Below are positions 37,176 to 47,244 of a stretch of DNA of 64,000 nt, in pieces; the stretch's first letter is position 1, and each line of letters opens with the position of its first letter. Source of the stretch: a candidate division NC10 bacterium CSP1-5 (GTDB lineage Bacteria; Methylomirabilota; Methylomirabilia; Methylomirabilales; CSP1-5); contig LDXR01000008.1 of NCBI GenBank assembly GCA_001443495.1, forward strand, positions 61,176-125,175, given 5' to 3'. Position numbers and translations under genes: made by a program. The notes under the pieces were generated by a model, which saw only the letters and a list, made by a program, of their open reading frames with translations, ran no database searches and was not told the origin of the DNA.

Positions 37176-37646
37176 GTGAACGACGCGACAACGACAGTGG
37201 AAAAAGCAGTGATATTTCAGGGCCTGAATCAGGCGCAGGTCCAGTCCATCGTTCGAATCGGGGTGGCAAAGCAGTTCGCGAACGGCCGCGTGATCTTCAA
37301 GAAAGGGGATCGAAACGAGGAACTTTACCTGATCGTCAAGGGGAAGGTTCGCATCACACGCGAGTACCCATTAGGCGGCTATGAGACACTGGCGGAACTG
37401 GAGGAGGGTCAGGCTTTTGGTGAGATGGCGGTGTTTGGCGATGAGGTGGTCCGGAGCGCCACGGCCAGGGCCGCTGCCGAGTGCGAGTTACTGATTCTGA
37501 AACGGGAGCCCTTCCGGCAACTCCTCCAAAATGATCGTGAGCTTGCGAACACCATACTCTGGAACGTGTTGAAACAGGTCTCAGGCCGTCTCCGCACGAC
37601 CAACGACAAGGTCATGATGTTCTTGGTAGCGCCGGGACTGGAGTGA
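37176..37646 (+). CDS. Stand-alone cyclic nucleotide-binding domain protein
   Basis: IFKKGD...LYLIVKGKVRI, GQAFGEMA...RSATARA. Confidence 0.88.
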   Translation: MNDATTTVEKAVIFQGLNQAQVQSIVRIGVAKQFANGRVIFKKGDRNEELYLIVKGKVRITREYPLGGYETLAELEEGQAFGEMAVFGDEVVRSATARAAAECELLILKREPFRQLLQNDRELANTILWNVLKQVSGRLRTTNDKVMMFLVAPGLE

Positions 37647-37681
37647 TTTCCGCTTGTCAGCTTGGTCCGAAAAGAGGACGC

Positions 37682-37721
37682 TGCTGACCCGTGCGGGACT
37701 CGAACCCGCGGCCCCCTGCTT
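37682..37721 (-). repeat. Direct repeat of the tRNA-Lys 3' half (att-like site)
   Basis: 38 of 40 nt identical to 41661-41700, anticodon loop to 3' end. Confidence 0.85.
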
Positions 37722-37765
37722 GAGGGCCACATCGGATGATGGAGACCATGGGGCATGCAAGGGTG

Positions 37766-38590
37766 CTAGCCTTGCCACGAGGGATGGCGCGACTGCTCCT
37801 CCGTGGGGAGGAGAACGACGATCTCCCGGGCCACCTCCTCAACGGACTTACCTGTCACGTCGATCTGCCGCCAGTCATGCTTGGCGCACAGCCGCTCAGA
37901 GTGGTGAAGCTCCTTCCGGACGTTCTCCAGTGAGGCGTATGCCTTCGCAGGAATCCTGAGGTACTCAGCGCGCACCCGCCGCAATGCCGATAGCCGCCTG
38001 GGCTCCATGACAAGACAAATGATCCGTTCGGAAGGGAAGGAGAGCACCGCCGGGGGCATCGGGATTCTTGGGACAATGGGCACGTTGGCGGCGAACCAGC
38101 CCCGGTACGCGAGGTACAGCGTCGTCGGGGTCTTCATCGTTCTGGAGACGCCGACCAGGATGACTTCCGCACGGCTGAGTTCATCTGCGTGCTGCCCGTC
38201 GTCGTGGCGGAAGGCGAACTCCACGGCCTCGATTTCCCTCGACCTTGCCTCGACCAGCTGCTTGAAGAGCCCGGGTTTCTCTTGGGGCCTCAGCTTGAGG
38301 TGCTTGGCGAGGCGATCCAGCATCGGGCCCATCAGGTCCATTGCATCCACCCCTTGCGCACGGGATTCGGCCAGCATCAGGCGGCGCAGTTCGTCCGACA
38401 CCAGGGTGTGAAGAATCAGGGAATCGTGGCCAACGGCTTCCTGAACGATCGCGCGGAGCTGCTCCGGGGTGCACACATTCCCTCGCCGGATCACGATTGC
38501 GGGCGCCTCCTTGAACTGGACGAGAGCGGATCGGACCATTCGCTCCGCCGTCTGACCCGTGGCGTCGGAAACCACGAAAATCCTCAGCAT
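37766..38590 (-). CDS. ppsR: Pyruvate, phosphate dikinase regulatory protein (kinase/pyrophosphorylase)
   Basis: VVSDATGQTA, IEAVEFAFRHDDG, LVGVSRTMKTP..LYLA, DVTGKSVEE. Confidence 0.9.
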   Translation of the reverse strand: MLRIFVVSDATGQTAERMVRSALVQFKEAPAIVIRRGNVCTPEQLRAIVQEAVGHDSLILHTLVSDELRRLMLAESRAQGVDAMDLMGPMLDRLAKHLKLRPQEKPGLFKQLVEARSREIEAVEFAFRHDDGQHADELSRAEVILVGVSRTMKTPTTLYLAYRGWFAANVPIVPRIPMPPAVLSFPSERIICLVMEPRRLSALRRVRAEYLRIPAKAYASLENVRKELHHSERLCAKHDWRQIDVTGKSVEEVAREIVVLLPTEEQSRHPSWQG

Positions 38591-38620
38591 CGAACGCTCG
38601 CCACCCCGCTGTCGGTTGTG

Positions 38621-41278
38621 TTATTTCTCTCCTACCTCCACGAGCCGGACTTTTTCCTTCAGGGCTGCGTGCGCCGCTGCCAGCTTGGCCACCGGGACTC
38701 GGTACGGAGAGCAACTCACGTAATCCAGGCCCATACGGTGGCAGAATGCGACCGACTGCGGGTCGCCACCGTGCTCGCCACAGATGCCGATCTCCAGGGT
38801 CTTCCGGGCGGTGCGCCCCTTCTTGACCGCAATAGCCATCAGCTGCCCGACCCCTCGCTCATCGATGCTGATAAAGGGATCGTCCCTCAGCACACCTTCC
38901 TCGACATACTGTGGGAGGAACTTCCCTGCGTCGTCCCGAGAAAAGCTAAAGGTGGTCTGTGTCAGGTCATTGGTCCCGAAGGAGAAAAAGTCGGCCTCGG
39001 CGGCGATCTCGTCCGCGACCAGGCAGGCCCGAGGGGTTTCGATCATTGTCCCGACCTTGAACGCGACCTTGACGCCCAGTTCTCGCATGACCTGGGCAGC
39101 CACACGGTCGATAATGGCCCGCTGGTGGCGGAATTCTTCTACGGTAGTCACTAACGGAACCATCACCTCGGGGTACACCTTTTTCTTTTCTCGGACCATC
39201 TGGCAGGCCGCCTCGAAGATGGCCCGGGCTTGCATCTCCGTGATTTCGGGATAGGTAATGGCGAGCCGGCAGCCCCGGTGGCCAAGCATCGGATTGGACT
39301 CCTGAAGCAGTTCCACCTTGCGCACGAGGCGCTCCACGGGAATGCCCATGTCCGCGGCCAGTACCTGCAGTTCCTGCGACGTCTTGGGTAGGAATTCATG
39401 CAGCGGCGGATCAAAGAGGCGGATGATGACCGGCAACCCCTTCATCTTCTCAAAGATCGCCTTAAAGTCGGTGCGCTGCATTGGGAGCAGCTTGGCGAGG
39501 GCTTGCCGCCGACCCGCTGTGTCTTCGGCCACGATCATCTCCCGCATGGCGATGATGCGGTCGTCCTCGAAAAACATGTGCTCGGTCCGGCACAACCCGA
39601 TCCCCTCGGCCCCGAAATCCATGCTGGCGGCGGCGTCGGTGGGGGTGTCGGCATTGGTCCGGACCCCGATGTCTTGGAAGGCGTCAGCCCACTTGACCAG
39701 AACGACAAAGTCGCCCGACAGCTCGGGCTGGACCAGCGGCAATTTGCCTAGCATCACATCGCCGGTCGTGCCGTCGATGGTGATCCAATCCGCTTCTTTG
39801 ACCTTCCGCCCCTTCACCGTGAAGCTCTTGTTGGCCTCGGAGATGTTGATTTCGCCGCAGCCTGCTACGCAGGGCTTCCCCATGCCGCGCGCCACCACCG
39901 CGGCATGCGAGGTCATCCCCCCTCTGGCCGTCAAGATCCCCTGAGCGGCATGCATCCCGCCGACGTCCTCGGCAGACGTCTCGGCCCGAACCAGAATCAC
40001 CTTTTCACCTCGCGCGGCCCAGGCTTCCGCTTCCTCCGCCGTGAAGACCACTCTTCCTACGGCTGCTCCCGGAGAGGCGGGAAGCCCGCGGGCCACTCGC
40101 TCGACCTTGGCCTTGGCGTCGAGCATCGGATGGAGGAGAATCTCCACCTGATGGGGATCCACGCGGAGGACCGCCATTTTTTTGTCGATGAGGCCCTCGT
40201 GCTGCATGTCCACGGCGATCTTGACCGCAGCCGTCGGTGTCCGTTTTCCCGTTCGGGTCTGCAGGAGATACAGTTTCCCCTCCTGGATGGTGAACTCGAT
40301 ATCCTGCATGTCCCGGTAGTGCTTCTCTAGGCGCCGGCAGATACCGGAAAAATCGCGATACGCCTTCGGGGCGATGTGTGCGAGGGTCTCAATGGGCTGC
40401 GGGGTCCGGATCCCGGCGACCACGTCCTCTCCTTGGGCGTTCATCAGGAACTCTCCATAGAGGCGCTTCTGTCCCGTGCTCGGATCCCGGGTAAATGCGA
40501 CCCCGGTCCCGGAGCGTTCCCCCATATTGCCAAAGACCATGGCCTGCACGTTGACCGCCGTTCCCCAGGTATGGGGCAGGCGGTGGATCTCCCGATACTT
40601 GATGGCCCGCGGGTTATTCCACGACCCGAAGACGGCCCCCACGGCCATCTGGAGCTGCTGCCGAGGATCCTGGGGAAACTCCCGCCCGATACGCTCCCGG
40701 ACCAGGCTCTTGTAGCGTCGCACGATTTCTTGGAGATCGGGCGCCGCGAGATCGGTATCTAACTCGACCCTCACCTCCCGCTTCCGGTGCTCCAAAATCT
40801 CTTCGAAATTCTTGGTGGAGATTCCGAGCACCACGTTGCTGAACATCTGGATGAAGCGGCGATAACTGTCATAGGCGAAGCGGGGATTCCCGGAGAGGTC
40901 CGCGAGCCCCTCTGCGGCGTCGTCATTCAGGCCCAAGTTGAGTACTGTATCCATCATTCCGGGCATGGAGACCCTCGCCCCGGACCGCACCGAAACCAGG
41001 AGGGGAGCATTCCGATCGCCAAAGGTGAGGTCCATGGCCTTTTCCAGATTGCGCAGGCTCTTCTCCACCTGTTTCCACATGCCTGGCGGGAACTTTCCAG
41101 CGCGCTTCATCGACTCGACACAGGCCTCCGTCGTGATGGTAAAGCCCGGAGGGACTGGGATCTTCAGATTGGTCATCTCGGCCAGGTTCGATCCCTTCCC
41201 TCCCAAGAGATCCTTCATCTTGGCCGACCCTTCGGCTCGGCCCCCACCGAAGAAGTACACGAATTTCTTCGTCGGCAT
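38621..41278 (-). CDS. ppdK: Pyruvate, phosphate dikinase
   Basis: LLGGKGSNLAEM, SVRSGARVSMPGMMDT, GGMTSHAAVVARG, GIGLCRTEHMF, SFGTNDLTQ, GICGEHGGDP. Confidence 0.97.
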   Translation of the reverse strand: MPTKKFVYFFGGGRAEGSAKMKDLLGGKGSNLAEMTNLKIPVPPGFTITTEACVESMKRAGKFPPGMWKQVEKSLRNLEKAMDLTFGDRNAPLLVSVRSGARVSMPGMMDTVLNLGLNDDAAEGLADLSGNPRFAYDSYRRFIQMFSNVVLGISTKNFEEILEHRKREVRVELDTDLAAPDLQEIVRRYKSLVRERIGREFPQDPRQQLQMAVGAVFGSWNNPRAIKYREIHRLPHTWGTAVNVQAMVFGNMGERSGTGVAFTRDPSTGQKRLYGEFLMNAQGEDVVAGIRTPQPIETLAHIAPKAYRDFSGICRRLEKHYRDMQDIEFTIQEGKLYLLQTRTGKRTPTAAVKIAVDMQHEGLIDKKMAVLRVDPHQVEILLHPMLDAKAKVERVARGLPASPGAAVGRVVFTAEEAEAWAARGEKVILVRAETSAEDVGGMHAAQGILTARGGMTSHAAVVARGMGKPCVAGCGEINISEANKSFTVKGRKVKEADWITIDGTTGDVMLGKLPLVQPELSGDFVVLVKWADAFQDIGVRTNADTPTDAAASMDFGAEGIGLCRTEHMFFEDDRIIAMREMIVAEDTAGRRQALAKLLPMQRTDFKAIFEKMKGLPVIIRLFDPPLHEFLPKTSQELQVLAADMGIPVERLVRKVELLQESNPMLGHRGCRLAITYPEITEMQARAIFEAACQMVREKKKVYPEVMVPLVTTVEEFRHQRAIIDRVAAQVMRELGVKVAFKVGTMIETPRACLVADEIAAEADFFSFGTNDLTQTTFSFSRDDAGKFLPQYVEEGVLRDDPFISIDERGVGQLMAIAVKKGRTARKTLEIGICGEHGGDPQSVAFCHRMGLDYVSCSPYRVPVAKLAAAHAALKEKVRLVEVGEK

Positions 41279-41660
41279 AATTCCTCCCCTTCAATGCCTC
41301 CTGCTGGGACCTGAGATCCTCTCCCCAGATCAGATTTGGTTCCTCGGAACAGCCGGGAGCCTCCCTCACACCGATCGGTTAGAAGCGTGACCGCCCAAGC
41401 GGCGACGGAGGCTAGTATGTAATATCGAGAAGAACTGATGAAGACGTCAAGAGCCCTCTTACGTCACATTCAAGTCTCCAGAGAGACTTTATTAAACATC
41501 ACCATTATTGAACATGATCATTATCATGGGCGAAGTCCCCGACATCAGGGCAGCGGGGTGTGTGGTCGATTCTTCCTGGCCTGGAAGGAAACCGTCGGCC
41601 CGAGTATGGCGAGTCTCGCGAGGGGGAGAAGGATAGACGGCGAAAAGGCTTGACGAGAAG

Positions 41661-41736
41661 TGGTGACCCGTGCGGGATTCGAACCCGCGGCCCCCTGCTT
41701 AAAAGGCAGGTGCTCTGCCAGCTGAGCTAACGGGTC
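41661..41736 (-). tRNA. tRNA-Lys (TTT)
   Basis: Reverse complement GACCCGTTAGCTCAG...CCTGC CTTTTAA GCAGG...GTTCGAATC...CGGGTCACCA. Confidence 0.96.
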
Positions 41737-41744
41737 ATGCCCTG

Positions 41745-41773
41745 ATTCTGCACCTTTATCCGACCACAGTCAA
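41745..41773 (-). promoter_or_regulatory. Sigma70-like promoter for tRNA-Lys
   Basis: TTGACT-17 nt-CAGAAT on the minus strand, 8 nt upstream of the tRNA. Confidence 0.55.
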
Positions 41774-41842
41774 TCCCCACCCGACCCGAAACGCCCGAAA
41801 CCGCGCCCAGTAGATTCCCGAAACTCCCGTGCCGGGCTTCAA

Positions 41843-41907
41843 TGCAGGGATCGTGAACACGGAGGGACCCACGCCGTAAGCCGCCGCATAGGGTCGCCAC
41901 AGGAGGC
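41843..41907 (-). repeat. Second, inverted copy of the 65-nt element at 36293-36357
   Basis: 59 of 65 nt identical to 36293-36357 on the opposite strand; begins at the purA stop codon. Confidence 0.85.
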
Positions 41908-43211
41908 TAGACTAGTCCCCATTGTTTCAGGGTGGGGGTGGGCAGGAGGATGGTTTGGTCCCGCTCAGGGCCTGTCGAGATGATCGAGATGTCGATCCCG
42001 AGGATGGTCTCGAGGCGATCCAGGAAGGCGTGGCATTTTTTGGGCAATTCCGCGACGGACGTGGCCCCGACCGTGTGCTCCTGCCAGCCCTCGATCTCTT
42101 CGTAAACCGGTTGGCATTCCTTGAGGATGTCGACCTCGTTGGGGAATTCCTCGAGAATCTGACCCCGGTAGCGGTAGGCCTGGCATATCTTCAATACGGG
42201 GAAAGTGTCGAGGACATCCAGCTTTGTCAGGGCCAAGCTGCTGAGGCCGTTCACCCGGATCGCATATCGGAGGGAGACCGCGTCGAGCCACCCGCACCGC
42301 CTGGGCCGCCCTGTCGTGGCCCCGTACTCTCGGCCGCGATTGCGCAGTTCCTCACCGGTACTGTCCTTGAGCTCCGTGGGGAAGGGACCTTCGCCCACCC
42401 TGGTGGTGTAGGCCTTCATAACGCCCAAGACGCCGTCGATCCGGGTCGGTCCAACCCCGGTTCCGATGCAGGCGCCTCCGGCGGTCGCGCTGCTCGAGGT
42501 GACATACGGGTACGTCCCCAGGTCCACATCCAGCAGGGTCCCCTGCGCCCCCTCAAACAAGATCTTCCTGCCCTCGTCGATCATCCTGTTAAGCGTCGCC
42601 GAGGCATCGACCAGGAAACCCTGGACCTCACGGAAATGGGCCATCTGTTCATCAAAGATGCGCTCGGCGTCGAGAGAGTGCAGCGCGCTTGTCGCCGGAG
42701 CATGAATCTGCTTCTCGGCGAGGTTGATGCGCAATCGCTCGTGGAAGAGGGCCGGATCGAAAAGGTCCCCGATCCGAATCCCCACTCTGGCCGCCTTATC
42801 GGCGTACGCCGGACCGATTCCACGCCCGGTGGTGCCGAGGGGACGGGCGGCGTGTTTCTCCCGCTCTTGATCGAGGATCTTGTGATAGGGAAGGACCAGG
42901 TGCGCGTTCTTCCCGATGTGCAGGTGTCCCTCCGCTTTCACGGCCAGGCGGCCAAGCTGGTGGAGCTCGTGAGTGAGGCCGGGAAGATCGACCACCACCC
43001 CGTTGCCGAGGATGCAGATCTTCCCTTTCCGAAGGATGCCCGAGGGGACGAGATGCAGAACGACCTTCTCGGTGCCCACCACCACCGTGTGCCCCGCGTT
43101 GTTCCCTCCCTGGTACCGGGCCACGGCGTCGAATGACTCGCTGATGGTGTCAACGATCTTCCCCTTGCCCTCGTCGCCCCACTGGGTCCCGACCACGATC
43201 ACGTTGGCCAT
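41907..43211 (-). CDS. purA: Adenylosuccinate synthetase
   Basis: GTQWGDEGKGK, GGNNAGHT, GTTGRGIGPAY, EGAQG, TTGRPRRCGW, TKLDVL. Confidence 0.97.
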   Translation of the reverse strand: MANVIVVGTQWGDEGKGKIVDTISESFDAVARYQGGNNAGHTVVVGTEKVVLHLVPSGILRKGKICILGNGVVVDLPGLTHELHQLGRLAVKAEGHLHIGKNAHLVLPYHKILDQEREKHAARPLGTTGRGIGPAYADKAARVGIRIGDLFDPALFHERLRINLAEKQIHAPATSALHSLDAERIFDEQMAHFREVQGFLVDASATLNRMIDEGRKILFEGAQGTLLDVDLGTYPYVTSSSATAGGACIGTGVGPTRIDGVLGVMKAYTTRVGEGPFPTELKDSTGEELRNRGREYGATTGRPRRCGWLDAVSLRYAIRVNGLSSLALTKLDVLDTFPVLKICQAYRYRGQILEEFPNEVDILKECQPVYEEIEGWQEHTVGATSVAELPKKCHAFLDRLETILGIDISIISTGPERDQTILLPTPTLKQWGLV

Positions 43212-44494
43212 TGCACCGTCCCATCCGTGACCTGCTGGCAGAACTCGGCGACGGAGAAGGTCGTTGCCGTCCCGGTAGTGAGATCTCGCAACGTCAGTCG
43301 GTCTCCGGACATTCCCTCGATCCCCAAGACAATCACGCGGGGGATGGCGCTTACCCGGGCATAGTCGAGTGACCCCTCGAGATCACGCCGGATGATGTCC
43401 CTGGCGACGGCGTAGCCCTTGCTCCTGAGCGTCTGGGCGATGTGCAGAGCCTGACGCTTGTCCGGATTGAAATCCATGATGAGGAAGTCCGGCCCCTGAT
43501 CGCGTGGGAGAATGCCCTCCGCCTCTAAGGCGGCCAGGACCTTCTCCAGCTCGAAGGCGAAGCCGGTCGCGGGACACGGATAGCCAAACTGGCCGATCAG
43601 GTTGTCGTAGCGGCCGCCGCTTCCGATGGGATAGCCCAGCGACTCGGTGAAAACCTGAAAGACCACACCCGTATGATAGTCAAAGGCGTACGTCTCTCCG
43701 AGGTCGATGATGATGTGGTCGGCCAGGCCGTAGGTCTTGAGGACGGTGTAGACCTGCGTCAGATTTTCGAGGGCGAATCGCGATTGCTCTGTGACCGCCC
43801 ATGCCTTTGCCCTTTCAAGGATCGCCTCCCCACCGTACAGCGTGGTCAAGTGCTGAATCCCCTCTTTCAGTCGGGCCTCGGCTGGCAGGGGCTTCAGCGT
43901 CAGCTCAAGCTCCACGGCGTCCTTCCGCCTCAGCGCCGACAGGATCCTGCGGCGAAGTTCGGGGGCCGGGTTCAGCGCGCTCAGCAGGCCTCGGAGATAT
44001 TCCACCTGCCCGACGTCGATCTGGAAGTGTCGAAGGCCCGCCTCCTGACATCCCTCGACCGCCATGGCGATCATCTCGGCGTCCGCCTCGGGCCGATCCG
44101 AACCGATGAGTTCCACGCCGGCCTGGAAGAACTCCCGCTGCCGTCCTGCCTGGGGCTCCTCGTGCCGGAAGACCGAGGCGGAGTAAGCGAGGCGTAGGGG
44201 CAGGGGATGATCCCGCATGGTGGAGGCCACCATGCGCGCGACCTGGGGGGTGAGGTCGGACCGCAGCGCCAGGAGAAGCCCGGTCTGTCGATCGACGAAC
44301 TTAAAGGTCGTCCCGTAGACTCCGTCTCCCGCTTCGTGGGCGAAGACCTCCAAATATTCAAAGGTCGGGGTTAGCACTTCCCGAAAGCCCCAACGCTGGA
44401 AGACCGTGAGGAGTTTCTTCTGGATCCAACGGAGGCGGGCCGCCTCGGGCGGGGGGAGGACCCGGACCCCTTTGGGAATGGCCGTCGGGATCAC
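43199..44494 (-). CDS. hisZ: ATP phosphoribosyltransferase regulatory subunit
   Basis: HisRS-like: TPTFEY, LRSDLTPQVAR, REFFQAGVELIG, YHTG, GGRYDNL; adjacent to purA. Confidence 0.85.
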   Translation of the reverse strand: MIPTAIPKGVRVLPPPEAARLRWIQKKLLTVFQRWGFREVLTPTFEYLEVFAHEAGDGVYGTTFKFVDRQTGLLLALRSDLTPQVARMVASTMRDHPLPLRLAYSASVFRHEEPQAGRQREFFQAGVELIGSDRPEADAEMIAMAVEGCQEAGLRHFQIDVGQVEYLRGLLSALNPAPELRRRILSALRRKDAVELELTLKPLPAEARLKEGIQHLTTLYGGEAILERAKAWAVTEQSRFALENLTQVYTVLKTYGLADHIIIDLGETYAFDYHTGVVFQVFTESLGYPIGSGGRYDNLIGQFGYPCPATGFAFELEKVLAALEAEGILPRDQGPDFLIMDFNPDKRQALHIAQTLRSKGYAVARDIIRRDLEGSLDYARVSAIPRVIVLGIEGMSGDRLTLRDLTTGTATTFSVAEFCQQVTDGTVQWPT

Positions 44495-44495
44495 G

Positions 44496-46076
44496 TCAGA
44501 CCTTCACCACCTTGGCATAGACGATGTTGGGCATTCGCCGGATCTGGTCGAGGACCGGCGTGGGGATCGCGCTATCGACGTTCACGACCGAAACCGCCTG
44601 ACCGCCCGGCTTCTCTCGGCCGAGCACCATGCCGGCGATGTTGACCTGACTCTGTCCGAGGAGCGTACCGATCTTGCCGATCACCCCCGGGACATCCAGG
44701 TTGGAGAAGATGAGGAGATACCCTTCCGGCACGGCCTCGAGGGAGAATTCATCGATCCTCACCACCCGAGGCTCTCGTCGGCTGAAAAGGGTCCCGGCCA
44801 CGAGGTGCTGCCCTCGGTCGGTCTGGATGATGACAGAGATGAGGCTCGCGTAGTCTTCTTCCTCGGTGCTCTTCGACTCCACCACGCGGATTCCCCGCTG
44901 TCGGGCGAAGGGCAGCGCATTGACGATGTTGATGGTGCTTGAAATGATCGGATCGAGCACCCCCTTCACCACCGTCGCCGTGAGGGGCGAGGTGTCGAAG
45001 GTCGCGACCTCTCCGGTGTACTCGATGCGTATCTCCCGGAACCGCCCCTCGGCCAGCTGCGAGTTGAGCCGTCCGAGCTTTTCCGCGAGGGTGAGATAGG
45101 GCCTGATCTTGGCCAAGATCTCCGGCTCGATGGACGGCGTGTTCACCGAGTTCCGGATCACCCCCGTGGTCAAGAAATCCGCCACCTGCTGAGAGATAGC
45201 GACGGCCACGTTGTCCTGGGCCTCGGCGGTGGCGGCTCCGAGATGCGGGGTGCCGATGAAGCTCTCCAGGGAAAAGAGAGGGCTGGCGGTCGCCGGTTCC
45301 TTTTCGAAGACGTCACACGCGGCACCGGCCACGTGTCCGCTCACCAACGCCTCGTAGAGGGCCTCCTCGTCCACCACGCCCCCCCGGGCGCAGTTGATGA
45401 TCCGCACCCCCTGCTTCATCAGGCCGATGGTCTCGCGGCTGATCATGTGGTGCGTATCGGGGCCAAGCGGGACGTGAATGGTAATGAAGTCTGCCTGGCG
45501 GTAGACTTCCTCGAGATCAACGAGTTCGACGCCGAGCCGGCTCGCCACCTCGGCCGAGATGAAGGGATCGTAGGCGATGACGCGCATGGCAAAGCCCTTC
45601 GCCCGCTTCGCGACCTCCGAGCCGATCCGCCCCAGTCCGATGATCCCCAGCGTCTTGTTATACAGCTCCACGTTCAGGAACTTCCCTTTTTCCCACCGCC
45701 TCGCCTGGAGTGAGGCCGCCGCCTGGGGCACATGCTTTGCGAGGGCCAAGAGGAGCGAGATCGTGTGCTCGGCGGTCGTGATGGTGTTCCCCGTCGGAGT
45801 GTTCATGACCACCACGCCCTGGGCGGTGGCCGCCTCCACATCGACGTTATCCACCCCCACGCCGGCGCGACCGATTACCTTGAGCCGCTTCCCGGCCTGG
45901 ATCACATCGGCGGTCACCTTCGTGCCGCTGCGAACGATCAGGGCGTCGTACTGATCGATCACCGTGACCAGCTCTTCGGGCGAGATCCGTGGTTGGAGCG
46001 TGATGTGGATGTTGGGATTCTGGCGAAGGACCTCCAGACCTCTGGGGGAAAGGTCATCGGTGATCAGGACCTGCAT
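44496..46076 (-). CDS. serA: D-3-phosphoglycerate dehydrogenase with ACT domain
   Basis: IVRSGTKV, GRAGVGVDNVD, GLGRIG, INCARGG, TPHLGA, DVPGVIG; start set at MQVLITD. Confidence 0.94.
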   Translation of the reverse strand: MQVLITDDLSPRGLEVLRQNPNIHITLQPRISPEELVTVIDQYDALIVRSGTKVTADVIQAGKRLKVIGRAGVGVDNVDVEAATAQGVVVMNTPTGNTITTAEHTISLLLALAKHVPQAAASLQARRWEKGKFLNVELYNKTLGIIGLGRIGSEVAKRAKGFAMRVIAYDPFISAEVASRLGVELVDLEEVYRQADFITIHVPLGPDTHHMISRETIGLMKQGVRIINCARGGVVDEEALYEALVSGHVAGAACDVFEKEPATASPLFSLESFIGTPHLGAATAEAQDNVAVAISQQVADFLTTGVIRNSVNTPSIEPEILAKIRPYLTLAEKLGRLNSQLAEGRFREIRIEYTGEVATFDTSPLTATVVKGVLDPIISSTINIVNALPFARQRGIRVVESKSTEEEDYASLISVIIQTDRGQHLVAGTLFSRREPRVVRIDEFSLEAVPEGYLLIFSNLDVPGVIGKIGTLLGQSQVNIAGMVLGREKPGGQAVSVVNVDSAIPTPVLDQIRRMPNIVYAKVVKV

Positions 46077-46107
46077 CGGTCTCTCCATCCTTGAGCCCCC
46101 TGGTCTC

Positions 46108-47244
46108 CTACGGTCTTTGGAGGACTTCCTGGGCAGCCCGGATGCCGTCACCGAGTTTTACCGGGTACCCCACCTCCGAGAGCGTCAGTTCCAGCGCCGA
46201 GAGTGCAACGACCACATCCGTCGAGTCCGCGTACCCCATGGTGGCCAGGCGAAAGATCTTCCCCTTCATTGATCCCTGACCACCCGCGATGATCACCCCG
46301 TGCCTTGTCCGGAGCGTGTTGAGGATTGCACCACCATCGATCCCTTTCGGGACAAGCACGGCGGTCACCGCGGGGCTCGGTCGCTCGGCAAAGAGCTCCA
46401 AGCCGAGGGCAGTGATCCCCGCCCGCATGGCGGCCGCGAGTCTCTCGTGGCGGCGGAAGATATTGGGGAGCCCCTCACTCCGGATCATCCTGAGGGTCTC
46501 CCGCAGTCCGACGACCAGCGAGATGGCCGGGGTGAAGCGAGACTGGTTCTTGAGCAGATGTTTCTGTTCCGCCGCGAAGTCAAAGTAATACTTCGGCAGG
46601 CGAGATCGCTCTACCGCCGCCCACGCCTTCCGGCTGACCCCGACCATGGCCAGGCCAGGCGGCAGCATGAGGGCCTTCTGCGAGCCGGCCACCACCACAT
46701 CCAACCCCCAATCATCCATGGGAACGTCCACCACCCCCAGGCTGGTGATCGCATCCACCACCAAGAGGGTGGGGGTCTTTCGGACGACCCCGGCGATGGC
46801 CTTGATATCGTGGAGAACCCCCGTCGAGGTCTCGCTGTGGGTGCTGAGGACGACGGCGATTCGGGGATCCTTCTCCAGGGCGGCGGCCACGAGCCCGGGA
46901 TCCACCGCCTTCCCGTAGGGGACGTCGATCGGCGTGAAGTTCACGCCGTAGGCCTGACAGATCTCTCCCCATCGCTCTCCAAACTTTCCGCCTCGGATCA
47001 CCAGCGCCTTCTCGCCCGGCGAAAGGGTGTTGACCACCGCCGCTTCCATGCCTCCGGTCCCCGAGGCGGCGAAGAGGAAGACCTCTTCGGTCGTCTGGAA
47101 CAGCACTTTGAGGCCCTCCCGCACCTCGGCGATGAGCGCCTCATACTCCGGGGTGCGGTGGTGGAGGATGGGATGGGCCATGGTCAGCAGGGCCTCGGGA
47201 GGGATGGGGGTCGGCCCTGGGGCAAAAAGGTGCGTCTTTTTCAT
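46108..47244 (-). CDS. Class V PLP aminotransferase (alanine-glyoxylate/serine-pyruvate type; probable phosphoserine aminotransferase role)
   Basis: APGPTP, HHRT, SGTGGME, HSETSTG, VDAI, GSQKALMLPPGL; upstream of serA. Confidence 0.88.
   Translation of the reverse strand: MKKTHLFAPGPTPIPPEALLTMAHPILHHRTPEYEALIAEVREGLKVLFQTTEEVFLFAASGTGGMEAAVVNTLSPGEKALVIRGGKFGERWGEICQAYGVNFTPIDVPYGKAVDPGLVAAALEKDPRIAVVLSTHSETSTGVLHDIKAIAGVVRKTPTLLVVDAITSLGVVDVPMDDWGLDVVVAGSQKALMLPPGLAMVGVSRKAWAAVERSRLPKYYFDFAAEQKHLLKNQSRFTPAISLVVGLRETLRMIRSEGLPNIFRRHERLAAAMRAGITALGLELFAERPSPAVTAVLVPKGIDGGAILNTLRTRHGVIIAGGQGSMKGKIFRLATMGYADSTDVVVALSALELTLSEVGYPVKLGDGIRAAQEVLQRP

Noticed and set aside
41922-43136. 404-aa ORF antisense to purA, and similar shadows over carB, pyrC and the KimA-like gene
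   Set aside because: Antisense shadows of well-supported genes
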